From Candidatus Dadabacteria bacterium (GTDB lineage Bacteria; Desulfobacterota_D; UBA1144; Nemesobacterales; Nemesobacteraceae): a stretch of DNA of 64,000 nt. Below the pieces are notes generated by a model. The model was not told the origin of the DNA. It saw only the letters and a program-made list of their open reading frames with translations, and did no database searches. Shown here in pieces: positions 48,047-56,725 of this stretch. The first letter of the stretch is position 1. Each line of letters begins with the position of its first letter. The translations under genes were made by a program, and so were the position numbers. The stretch is from NCBI GenBank assembly GCA_951812735.1, contig OX638332.1:1469928-1533927 (forward strand), given 5' to 3'.

Positions 48047-48532
48047 TCAGATAGAGTTTCTCGTGCTCTCGACGATCTGCTCCACTCTCGGATACATGTA
48101 GATGTGCAGGATGATTCCTACGACCGAGAAAGGAATCGCGTCTTCGGGGTTTTTGCTTAGAAACGCAAGCACGAACCCGAGCAGCACCACGCTCTCGTTT
48201 ATTCCCCAGGGGACCACGTGCGGGAGCAGAAGACGATTTGAGAATTCCTCAAGCCTCTTTTCCGGTTTCTGGCCTTCTGTGGCGAGGAATTTCTTTCGAA
48301 GGGATTTTTCAGAAAGGGTAAACCTGTATATGAGAAGGGAAATTGCCCCAAGGGCCACCCCTCCAATCAGAAAAGCGGCTTTCACGTTTTCTGCGACACT
48401 TGGAGGCTCGGGCGATTTGAAGACGAAAACCACCGCCGTGTAGGCGAACATGGCGAGCAGCAAGGCGAGCCAGACTATTTTCAGGGCGCTTTGGTTCTTT
48501 GCTACGGATGAGGCCCTGTTTTTCCTGTCCAT
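48047..48532 (-). CDS. hypothetical integral membrane protein (about 4 TM)
   Basis: Hydrophobic segments 'IVWLALLLAMFAYTAVVFVF', 'FLIGGVALGAISLLIY' and 'VVLLGFVLAFL'. No recognisable family. Confidence 0.4.
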   Translation of the reverse strand: MDRKNRASSVAKNQSALKIVWLALLLAMFAYTAVVFVFKSPEPPSVAENVKAAFLIGGVALGAISLLIYRFTLSEKSLRKKFLATEGQKPEKRLEEFSNRLLLPHVVPWGINESVVLLGFVLAFLSKNPEDAIPFSVVGIILHIYMYPRVEQIVESTRNSI

Positions 48533-48560
48533 GGTTCTGGATGGGAGCGGAACTGTGTGC

Positions 48561-48788
48561 TCAGGATGTGATCTTGGCGAAGATCACGCTCAGGATTATG
48601 AGCGCTACCAGAATTCCCATCATGTAAAAAGGCACGCTTGGGTTATATCCCTTCTCTATGTTGGGAACCCTCTTCTGGGACCAGATTATTGGGGCGGGTT
48701 CGGCACTTTCATCCGGTGTTTCGGTTTCCTGTACGGAGGATTCCTGCTCCGCCGTTTCTTCCGCTCTCTGTTCTTCTGTTTCCGGCAT
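48561..48788 (-). CDS. small acidic protein with C-terminal TM helix (start at Met149 of longer ORF)
   Basis: 'MPETEEQRAEETAEQESS...' followed by 'FYMMGILVALIILSVIFAKITS'. The upstream part of the ORF overlaps the divergent lipoprotein gene and is rejected. Confidence 0.35.
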   Translation of the reverse strand: MPETEEQRAEETAEQESSVQETETPDESAEPAPIIWSQKRVPNIEKGYNPSVPFYMMGILVALIILSVIFAKITS

Positions 48789-49041
48789 TTTGAGATTTCC
48801 TGGTACTGCGCGTACTCGGAAATTATCACGCAACCCTCCTCGAAAATCAAGTTTTCTGGTGCGTTGCGACTGTCTTTGGGCACTTCCTACATTCAAATAG
48901 ATCATTTGACCAAGAAAAAGAGGGGAGATAGAATAGGGTAGTAGGCATAAACGGACAGTTCTAGTGAGCAACATGGGAGGGAAGTTTAGGATTCTGTTAT
49001 TCGGGAGCATTGCAAGGACTTCCATCCTTACTTTCTGTGGA

Positions 49042-52023
49042 ATGAGATCAGCCGCGATGTCGTTTTTTATTGCTGGCGTGCTTGTCCTCGTTCTGGTCGG
49101 GTGTGACAGTGGCACCACACCTTCCGAATCTCCCGATCCTGACAATCCCGCGCACGGAAGCCCCGACCCCGATGTCCCACCGCCAATGGACACCGACCCC
49201 AGGGATCCCGCACTCCAACCCCTGATATACACAACACGACTGGGTCAGCCCATCGCCTTTAACATACAGGATGGTGACCCTCTGAATGCCCGGATTCTTA
49301 GGCAACCCCAGCAAGCAATGGTGATTTTGAATGCCGACGGCTCCGTTACCTACTCGCCCGCACCCGGGGCTGTTGGAGAAGACAGCTTCGAAATTGAAAT
49401 TAACGGAAGCCCGCGGGAGATCACCATTGACAACAACCTCGCTTATGAAGGCCAGATTGAGGGTGGAATGAACTCCTTCGGCAACGTTGAAGTGCTGTTG
49501 ACGGGGGATGGAGTATTGGAAACCGCGTCGCCGGACGCTTCCGGCGGGTTCAAGTTCTACGGGTTGCCGGACGGCGACTATGTTGTCAAGGTGCGGAAAG
49601 CGGGCTATACGTCATCGCTTGCCCGAGCGTTCAGCCTGGATATCGGGCAGTATGATCCTTTGCGTGATGGGATCGACCGATTTGTTCTGGAAGCGCTCGA
49701 TTCAGATACCTTTGTTTATCACTGGGAGGAAGATCAGAGTGCGGCTGGCTATGATTATGCGGCTCATGTGAACCAACCCGTAGTCGTGGAGTTTTTGGAT
49801 GAACAGGTTGAGGTGGTCGATGAAGTGTCAGCCAGCCAACTCCATCACGACTACAACATTTTGCTGGTTGATTCGGAAAGCGGTTCATGGACACAAGAGC
49901 ATGCCTATCGCCTTCTGGAAACCATGAAGTCCATCCCGCAGAAGCTGCGGGACCCCTATAAGGAACAGAACCTTCCCGCAAGCAAGTGGCTCATCACTTC
50001 CGACCACCTGGAGGACGACATCCGGATTACGCATCATGAAGAAGACTACAGGGCCGTTCTCATTTCCGAAGATGCCTTCGTCAATGCCAGCCCCCGGATC
50101 GCCAGAGTTGAAGGCAAGCGAGGCGTCTACTACTCACAACGTCTACACCACGCGCTGGTGCGCTTCGTTACGGATAACGGTAAGGATAAAGCTACGTACG
50201 AAGGGATTTTCCAGTCGCGTTACGGCGTCACGACCCGCATACCGGATTATACCCAGCTCACCAGCTCCACCACTGGCGAGTCCGCGTCGCGCTTTCAGGA
50301 ATTCCATCCCGAGGAAATAGTCCAATTGATCAATATGTTTGAGGAAATGCCCAAGGGGATGCACAAACTGCCTGAGCTGCGGTATCTGGTGCGGCGCTTG
50401 GACGGCACGCCGCACCCTATATATCCTGGTGCGCCTGCGGTGGCTTGGACCGATTATGGCTATATCGAATTCATGGAAAGCGGGTTCAGCGGGTTTTCCG
50501 CCGCCTATGTCCATCGCCTCATCATTCACGAAAAGGCACATTTCCTGTGGGCCCATCGGTTCGACGAGCAACTCAAGCAGGACTGGATCGAATTAGGCGG
50601 CTGGTACCACGACTCGGAAAGCTCCAGTCTCTGGTCGACGAGCAAACAGACGGAATTTGTCTCCGCCTACGCCCACTCAGAAAATCCAGAAGAGGACATG
50701 GCCGAGTCCATCGCCTACTTCATCGTGAATCCGGACAAACTGAAATCCCGAGCCATTGGCAAGTATGAGTTCATCCGCGACCGCATCATGCAAGGCAACA
50801 TCTACATCTCCACCATCCGAGAAGACCTGACCTTTGAGGTGTATAACCTGTATCCGGACTACGTCTTTCCGGGAAAGATCCGGCGAGTGGATATTGTGGT
50901 CGAGGGGGAGCCGGAGGACGACAAAACAATCCATGTGGAAATGGAGCTGCATGCTCTGGATGAGGAGTCGGAAGGAGCGGCAAAAGCCTATATGCGCATT
51001 TTCAGCGAGATCGGTACCTCTGTGGACCTGTACCTCTACCCCATGGATGTAAACGGCAACCAACTGACTCAAGGTACGGTGCTCAAAGGCAGATTTGCTC
51101 TCAGCAAGTACGTCAAAGCCGGTTACTGGCGGCCGAACCAGATTGTTATCACAGATGCGGTTGGCAACGAGCGGTTCGAAGGGGTAAATGACTTCGGGTG
51201 GAAACTCTACGTCGGCAACCTAGTGGAGGATCTCACCGCTCCTGGGTATGTGGGCAATACGGCGTCACTGAGCAAGAGCGTGACGAGCTTGGAAGGCCGG
51301 GAGGTTCAGTTGATTCATGCAACCTGGGAGGTGGATGAGGACACGGCAATGAGGGGGCAAGAACCCTGTTATGCCAGCCTGAATGATGATTTTCTGCAAA
51401 CCTACAGATATGATGCGTGGGGTTGGTATGACTCAGCCAGCAGGTTGTGTCAGGTGGACTTTATTATGCCCCACTATATGCCGAGTTCCACCTACAGGAT
51501 GAACTACATCAGCATGATCGACGAGGCACTGAATGTAAAGGGAGTTTACTTCACCCATCCTGGGAGTCTTCTGCATCCGGAGGAAAGTGTCGTGGATGAA
51601 ACGCCCCAGCAAATTGAACTGATAACCAACAATCCAGACCTTGAACCCCCTGAGTTGGATATCAACGACATCCAGATCAGTGCCAAGCCCACCTATCCGG
51701 AAGCGCCAAATGGCGAAACCCTGGTGACGATCACCTTTCGTGTCAGGGATAACATATCTGGTTACAAGATCGCAAGTGTGGAGCTACGCGATCCCCAAGG
51801 CATCGAGCATGAAGGCCGTCACTATCATGCAGGTCGCTCCCGACTATTCCCCGAAGGTGATCCCACCCATTGGACCACTCACACCCGAACGGTGCTTCTG
51901 CCACCGGGTTCTGCACCCGGTACTTGGGGACTGGCTGAGATGACGATTGAGGACCGGGCGGGCAATTTCCAGCGCTACGATTTCACCGAGATCATCTATT
52001 TCGATGTATTAAGCGGGGGTTGA
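49042..52023 (+). CDS. large lipoprotein with Ig/cadherin-like and carboxypeptidase-regulatory-like domains and an HExxH zinc-metallopeptidase-like core
   Basis: Lipobox 'LVLVLVGCDSG'. 'GSVTYSPAPGAVGEDSFEIEI' (Ig-like). 'SGGFKFYGLPDGDYVVKVRKAGY' (CarboxypepD_reg-like). 'YVHRLIIHEKAHFLWAHRFDE' (HExxH followed by an acidic residue). Codon usage looks ctg/ctc-rich relative to neighbours. Confidence 0.55.
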   Translation: MRSAAMSFFIAGVLVLVLVGCDSGTTPSESPDPDNPAHGSPDPDVPPPMDTDPRDPALQPLIYTTRLGQPIAFNIQDGDPLNARILRQPQQAMVILNADGSVTYSPAPGAVGEDSFEIEINGSPREITIDNNLAYEGQIEGGMNSFGNVEVLLTGDGVLETASPDASGGFKFYGLPDGDYVVKVRKAGYTSSLARAFSLDIGQYDPLRDGIDRFVLEALDSDTFVYHWEEDQSAAGYDYAAHVNQPVVVEFLDEQVEVVDEVSASQLHHDYNILLVDSESGSWTQEHAYRLLETMKSIPQKLRDPYKEQNLPASKWLITSDHLEDDIRITHHEEDYRAVLISEDAFVNASPRIARVEGKRGVYYSQRLHHALVRFVTDNGKDKATYEGIFQSRYGVTTRIPDYTQLTSSTTGESASRFQEFHPEEIVQLINMFEEMPKGMHKLPELRYLVRRLDGTPHPIYPGAPAVAWTDYGYIEFMESGFSGFSAAYVHRLIIHEKAHFLWAHRFDEQLKQDWIELGGWYHDSESSSLWSTSKQTEFVSAYAHSENPEEDMAESIAYFIVNPDKLKSRAIGKYEFIRDRIMQGNIYISTIREDLTFEVYNLYPDYVFPGKIRRVDIVVEGEPEDDKTIHVEMELHALDEESEGAAKAYMRIFSEIGTSVDLYLYPMDVNGNQLTQGTVLKGRFALSKYVKAGYWRPNQIVITDAVGNERFEGVNDFGWKLYVGNLVEDLTAPGYVGNTASLSKSVTSLEGREVQLIHATWEVDEDTAMRGQEPCYASLNDDFLQTYRYDAWGWYDSASRLCQVDFIMPHYMPSSTYRMNYISMIDEALNVKGVYFTHPGSLLHPEESVVDETPQQIELITNNPDLEPPELDINDIQISAKPTYPEAPNGETLVTITFRVRDNISGYKIASVELRDPQGIEHEGRHYHAGRSRLFPEGDPTHWTTHTRTVLLPPGSAPGTWGLAEMTIEDRAGNFQRYDFTEIIYFDVLSGG

Positions 52024-52273
52024 ATAACTTACCATCACGTCGCTCGCGTGCGCCGACGGCGACTGCCCTTGACCGTCAGCATGGCGTGCAGCCGTATAGA
52101 GAGTAATTTATACGAGAATACGAAAATATATGAGTCTGATATGATCTGACCTGTCAATTCAACTCGCTTCCTATATACTTAGGTGCTTCCTTGAAAACCT
52201 GGCTCCGTATATTTATAATTAGTCAAATACAGTAAAAGGCTGTGCAACGCACGGCTGAACGGAGGTTTTACAC

Positions 52274-53116
52274 ATGGCGGATTACGCGAACCCGGACGTT
52301 CTTGTGAGCACGGACTGGGTAGAGGAGCATATTGACGATCCCGATATAGTTATTGTGGAATCGGATGAAGACATACTGCTCTATGAAATAGGTCACATAA
52401 GAAATTCAGTAAAATTCGACTGGCAGACCGAGCTTCAGGACCAGCTTGTAAGGGATTACGTAAGCAGGGAAAACTTCGAGACGCTGCTTTCCGAAAAAGG
52501 CATTTCCAACGACCACGCGGTGGTTTTCTACGGTGACAGGAGCAACTGGTGGGCGTGCTACGCCTTCTGGACTTTTAAGGTTCTCGGACACGAAAAGTGC
52601 CTTATAATGGACGGCGGCAGGCAGAAATGGGTTGATGAGGGAAGAGAGTTCGTAAAAGATGTTCCCGAACGACCCAAAACAGATTACAAGGTATCGGCGG
52701 TCGATGAGTCGATAAGGGCTTTTCGCGATGACGTGCTGGAGCACATGGGCTCCAGCAAGCCGCTTGTGGACGTCCGTTCCCCGAAGGAGTATTCGGGAGA
52801 ACTTCTTCACATGGAGGCTTATCCCCAGGAAGGAGCGCTCCGCGGAGGGCATATTCCAGGCGCGGTAAATGTTCCCTGGGCCACGGCGGCAAACGAGGAC
52901 GGAACTTTCCGCTCGGCCGATGAGCTTGCCGATATATACGAGAAAGGACAGGGGCTTAGCAAGGACCAGGACGTGATTGCCTACTGCAGGATAGGGGAGC
53001 GCTCTTCTCACACCTGGTTTGTCCTGACCTATCTTCTTGGGTTTGCAAACGTCAGGAATTACGACGGTTCGTGGACCGAGTGGGGAAACCTTGTAAGGGC
53101 TCCGATAGAGAGATAA
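52274..53116 (+). CDS. sseA: thiosulfate/3-mercaptopyruvate sulfurtransferase (tandem rhodanese)
   Basis: Two rhodanese domains with the active-site loop '[12 protein letters not shown]'. Confidence 0.8.
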   Translation: MADYANPDVLVSTDWVEEHIDDPDIVIVESDEDILLYEIGHIRNSVKFDWQTELQDQLVRDYVSRENFETLLSEKGISNDHAVVFYGDRSNWWACYAFWTFKVLGHEKCLIMDGGRQKWVDEGREFVKDVPERPKTDYKVSAVDESIRAFRDDVLEHMGSSKPLVDVRSPKEYSGELLHMEAYPQEGALRGGHIPGAVNVPWATAANEDGTFRSADELADIYEKGQGLSKDQDVIAYCRIGERSSHTWFVLTYLLGFANVRNYDGSWTEWGNLVRAPIER

Positions 53117-53198
53117 AAGGAGAGGCGTTTTTTATACGAAGAAAAAGGATGTGGTCTTGCGGGTCCGCATCCTTTTTTTTTTTGAAACTGCGGGAAAC

Positions 53199-53624
53199 AT
53201 GGCAAGCATAGAAGAGATAGTCAGAGAATTTCAAGGGGCGGACCGCCAAGGAATGATAGAGCTCCTGATAGATTATTCGGAAGGTCTTCCTGAAATTCCC
53301 AGAAGATTTGCCGAGCTTGCGGACAGGGATCTCAACAAGGTGCACGAGTGCGAAACTCCGGTCTTTATCTGGGTCGAAGTAAAAGACGGGAAGGCAAACA
53401 TATTTGCCGACGTCCCCGAACCGTTTCCGACTGTGAGGGGGCTTGTGTCGATTCTCGTAAGCGCTTTTGACGGACTCAGCCCGGAGGAGATCGAATCCGC
53501 ACCGGTGGACTTCATCTCCCGCCTCGGAATAGCCCAGAAGCTCGGGATAAGAAGGGTCAGGGGTCTCAGCGCGGTTTACGCGAGGATAAAAAGCGAGGTA
53601 AGAAGGCACGGCGCGGTCACATGA
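53199..53624 (+). CDS. sufE: SufE-like cysteine desulfuration (sulfur acceptor) protein
   Basis: 'VHECETPVFIWVEV' matches the SufE 'CQSxVWL'-type active-site region. Start placed at 'MASIEEIV'. Confidence 0.75.
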   Translation: MASIEEIVREFQGADRQGMIELLIDYSEGLPEIPRRFAELADRDLNKVHECETPVFIWVEVKDGKANIFADVPEPFPTVRGLVSILVSAFDGLSPEEIESAPVDFISRLGIAQKLGIRRVRGLSAVYARIKSEVRRHGAVT

Positions 53625-54010
53625 TTGAAGAAGACAGAATGAAGATGATCATGGATCATTACGAGAACCCGAGAAATTTCGGCCCGCTTGAGCATCCCAC
53701 CGTGACGCTCAGGGGCGGCAATCCCAATTGCGGCGACACCTTGAATATCTATATACGCACAGACGGCGGAAACGTTATAGAAGATATAAGCTTTGACGGG
53801 GAGGGCTGTACGATAAGTCAGGCCGCGGCTTCCCTTCTTACTGAATTTGCAAAGGGAAAGACCGTCGAGCGGGTAGGGGAACTCGATTCTGATTACCTCA
53901 GGGATATTCTGGGCAAAGACATTATGGTAACCCGCCCGAAGTGCAGCCGTCTTGCCCTTGAAACCCTTAAATCCTGGGTAAGGAATTTCGAAAGGGGAAA
54001 AACCGCCTGA
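53621..54010 (+). CDS. sufU: SufU/IscU/NifU-N-type Fe-S scaffold protein
   Basis: Three conserved Cys contexts 'GNPNCGDTL', 'GEGCTISQAAAS' and 'RPKCSRLALETL'. ATGA overlap with sufE. Confidence 0.75.
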   Translation: MIEEDRMKMIMDHYENPRNFGPLEHPTVTLRGGNPNCGDTLNIYIRTDGGNVIEDISFDGEGCTISQAAASLLTEFAKGKTVERVGELDSDYLRDILGKDIMVTRPKCSRLALETLKSWVRNFERGKTA

Positions 54011-54062
54011 TTTTTGGTATAATTCACGCTAACACTCAAGCAGACCAAAGGAGATTCAAGCA

Positions 54063-55397
54063 ATGAAAAACGGCAAACTCGACAAAACAATTCTGAGCGA
54101 GAGGATTGAAGAGGCGCTTAAATACCCTCTTTTCGATTCCATATTCAACAGGCGCTCAAGAAGGTTCGGCCTTGGAATGGAGCTTAAGGACAGCACCCTT
54201 GAGTTCAAATCGAATTATGATCCCGTACCTCTGAACGAGATCGAGGAAGCCCTCTTGGTGTGGGCGGGGACGGGGCTCACGGGGCTTTGCCTTGCTGACC
54301 TGCCTCCTGAGAACGGGATAGACCTTCTCTGCCAGTGGACGGGAAGGACCTGGCCTTCTGCGTGCAACAACCACGGAACGGAACTTTTTTTCACAAATGA
54401 CGACGGGCTCTATCATGTGGACGTGAAGAACATGCTTCCAAAGGAACACGAACTCGATCTGTTTTTCCAGATGTCCCGCGAGGAGAAAGCCGCGAGAATT
54501 CTTGAACTTTACAGGGAAAGCCTCAACAAGCTTGAAGACGGAAGGGCCGACATGCCCGACAAGATGCCGGGGCTTTTTGAGTTTAATCAGTGGAATGCCA
54601 ACAAGCCCGGCACCACGCTTTTTGTCCCCGTAACGGACGTGACAGAGGAGTACCTGAATCTTCTCACCCTTTACTGCGCTAACAGCTACGGATTCACGAT
54701 TATCGACGATCTTACCGGAAAGCCCGCGGGTGTTGAGAAGTGGGTGAAAAAAGGCAGGCTCAAGGGTGAAATCAAGCTCTCCCTGTTTGATCTTGAGGTA
54801 AGAATTCTTACGGGGCTTAACGTGGAGCAGGCGTTTATTACGCAGAACATGGCGCTTGCCCTCCAGCCCCTGGGGCTTGCGGGATGGGCGTTTACGGGCT
54901 TCATACCGAGATTCGCAATGGGCGCCGCTCCGAATCTGTTCAAGGGTCTTGGATTCCGGTTCATCCAGCCGAAAAAGGGTACGATTGATCCTCCTACCAC
55001 GGTTCCCGTAGGGAAGGACGGGGTTTTTGAAGCCTACTGTCCGCCTTACTATGAGAACATGGACGACGCGATCGATCACTTCCTGGCCCACAAGTGGAAA
55101 GCCTGGGAATCAGACAAGCCTTTCCCGTACACCGAACCTGATAGGCACCTTATGAAGGCCCCGAGGCCCACGGAGACCACCATGCAGATCGTAAGGGACG
55201 TTGCGAACTACATTTACGACACTTACGGCAGATTTCCCGCGTTTGTGGATCCCATGTACATGAGACTTGTTTTTCAGGCGATGCATATAGATCCGGATTT
55301 TTATGACCAGTACTACCCGAAAGGTTCTTATTCGGACAGGCATCTCCAGGCTTTTCTTGAGAATCATCCGGACCAGAGAGAGCGGTTCGAAAAGTAA
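54063..55397 (+). CDS. nitroreductase-superfamily protein resembling SagB/ThcOx-type dehydrogenases
   Basis: 'NRRSRRFGLG', 'PVPLNEIEEALLVWAGTGLTG', 'RTWPSACNNHGTELFFTNDDGLYHVD' and the C-terminal 'ITQNMALALQPLGLAGWAFTGF' follow the SagB-type pattern. TATAAT and AAAGGAG lie upstream. Confidence 0.55.
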   Translation: MKNGKLDKTILSERIEEALKYPLFDSIFNRRSRRFGLGMELKDSTLEFKSNYDPVPLNEIEEALLVWAGTGLTGLCLADLPPENGIDLLCQWTGRTWPSACNNHGTELFFTNDDGLYHVDVKNMLPKEHELDLFFQMSREEKAARILELYRESLNKLEDGRADMPDKMPGLFEFNQWNANKPGTTLFVPVTDVTEEYLNLLTLYCANSYGFTIIDDLTGKPAGVEKWVKKGRLKGEIKLSLFDLEVRILTGLNVEQAFITQNMALALQPLGLAGWAFTGFIPRFAMGAAPNLFKGLGFRFIQPKKGTIDPPTTVPVGKDGVFEAYCPPYYENMDDAIDHFLAHKWKAWESDKPFPYTEPDRHLMKAPRPTETTMQIVRDVANYIYDTYGRFPAFVDPMYMRLVFQAMHIDPDFYDQYYPKGSYSDRHLQAFLENHPDQRERFEK

Positions 55398-55426
55398 AAT
55401 CTCCCCGACCGGGGATCAAGATCGCT

Positions 55427-56725
55427 TTGCGGTCAGGGAGGAAACCAGTCATGCGCGTAGCTATTATAGGAAATGGGGTGACCGGGGTTGCAGCCGCCCT
55501 GAGTATACGCAGGCTCAAGCCCGAGTGGGAAATCCTCATGATCTCAGGGGAATCATCCTTCCACTATTCCCGCCCGGCGCTCATGTACATATTCATGGGC
55601 CACATGAGCTACAAGGACACTAAGCCCTACGAGGACAGTTTCTGGCGGAAAAACCGCATTGATCTCCTGCGGGGCTGGGTTACGGAAATTGATACCGCCG
55701 GGAAAAAGCTCATTATGCACGAAAAAGATCCCGTTTCGTTTGATAAGCTGCTTATCGCCACGGGATCAAAGTCAAACAAGTTCGGGTGGCCCGGTCAGGA
55801 CCTCGATGGAGTCCAGGGTCTCTACAGCCTGATGGATCTGAGGCTTCTTTACGAAAACGTAAAGGGCGCCCGAAGCGCCGTTATAGTCGGGGGAGGACTC
55901 ATTGGAATTGAGTTCGCCGAGATGCTTCACTCGCGCAATATCCACGTCACTTTTCTGGTGAGAGAGAACTCCTACTGGACGAACGTTCTTCCGATGGAAG
56001 AGTCGCGGATGATAAACCGGGTGATCACCGAACAGGGAATTGACCTCAAGCTCACCACTGAACTTAAGGAAATAGTCGGGGACGATTCGGGAAGGGTGCG
56101 GGGAGTTATGACCAACAAAGAGGAATTTATAGAATGCGAAATCGTCGGACTCACAGCCGGGGTAAGTCCCAACATCGCCCTTGCCAAGGCAAGCGGCATA
56201 AAAACGGGAAGGGGAATCCTGGTTGACTGGAGCTTCAGAACAGATATGCCTGACGTGTTTGCCGCCGGGGACTGCGCCGAGATAGTCACCGAAGGGGAGG
56301 GGAGAAACCTTATTCAGCAGGTCTGGTACACGGGCAAAAGCCAGGGGAGGGTCGCCGGAGAGGTCTTGGCCGGCCAGCAGAGCGTGTATGATCCCGGGAT
56401 ATGGTATAACTCAGCCAAGTTCTTCGATCTTGAGTACCAGACTTACGGTACTGTGAGTAATGCCCCCGTTGAGGGGGAAAGCAATCTTTACTGGGAGCAC
56501 CCCGATCACAGCCGTTCGATAAGAATCGTTACGAGAGACGGTGCGGTTTGCGGCATAAACGTCATGGGCCTTCGCTACAGTCACAGGGTCTGCGAGAGCT
56601 GGGTAGCGGAGAAAAGGTCTCTTGACTACGTGCTCGATCATCTCGGGGATGCCAATTTCGACCCCGAGTTCTACGAAAAATGCGAAGCGGAAATAATAAG
56701 GGAGATAAGGAAACAGGCCGCCTGA
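55427..56725 (+). CDS. FAD/NAD(P)-binding pyridine nucleotide-disulfide oxidoreductase family protein
   Basis: 'MRVAIIGNGVTGVAAA' and 'AVIVGGGLIGIEFAEML' dinucleotide folds, plus 'DVFAAGDCAEI'. Confidence 0.7.
   Translation: MRSGRKPVMRVAIIGNGVTGVAAALSIRRLKPEWEILMISGESSFHYSRPALMYIFMGHMSYKDTKPYEDSFWRKNRIDLLRGWVTEIDTAGKKLIMHEKDPVSFDKLLIATGSKSNKFGWPGQDLDGVQGLYSLMDLRLLYENVKGARSAVIVGGGLIGIEFAEMLHSRNIHVTFLVRENSYWTNVLPMEESRMINRVITEQGIDLKLTTELKEIVGDDSGRVRGVMTNKEEFIECEIVGLTAGVSPNIALAKASGIKTGRGILVDWSFRTDMPDVFAAGDCAEIVTEGEGRNLIQQVWYTGKSQGRVAGEVLAGQQSVYDPGIWYNSAKFFDLEYQTYGTVSNAPVEGESNLYWEHPDHSRSIRIVTRDGAVCGINVMGLRYSHRVCESWVAEKRSLDYVLDHLGDANFDPEFYEKCEAEIIREIRKQAA

Noticed and set aside
54156-55091. 311-aa minus-strand ORF
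   Set aside because: Antisense to the nitroreductase-like gene, which carries family motifs.
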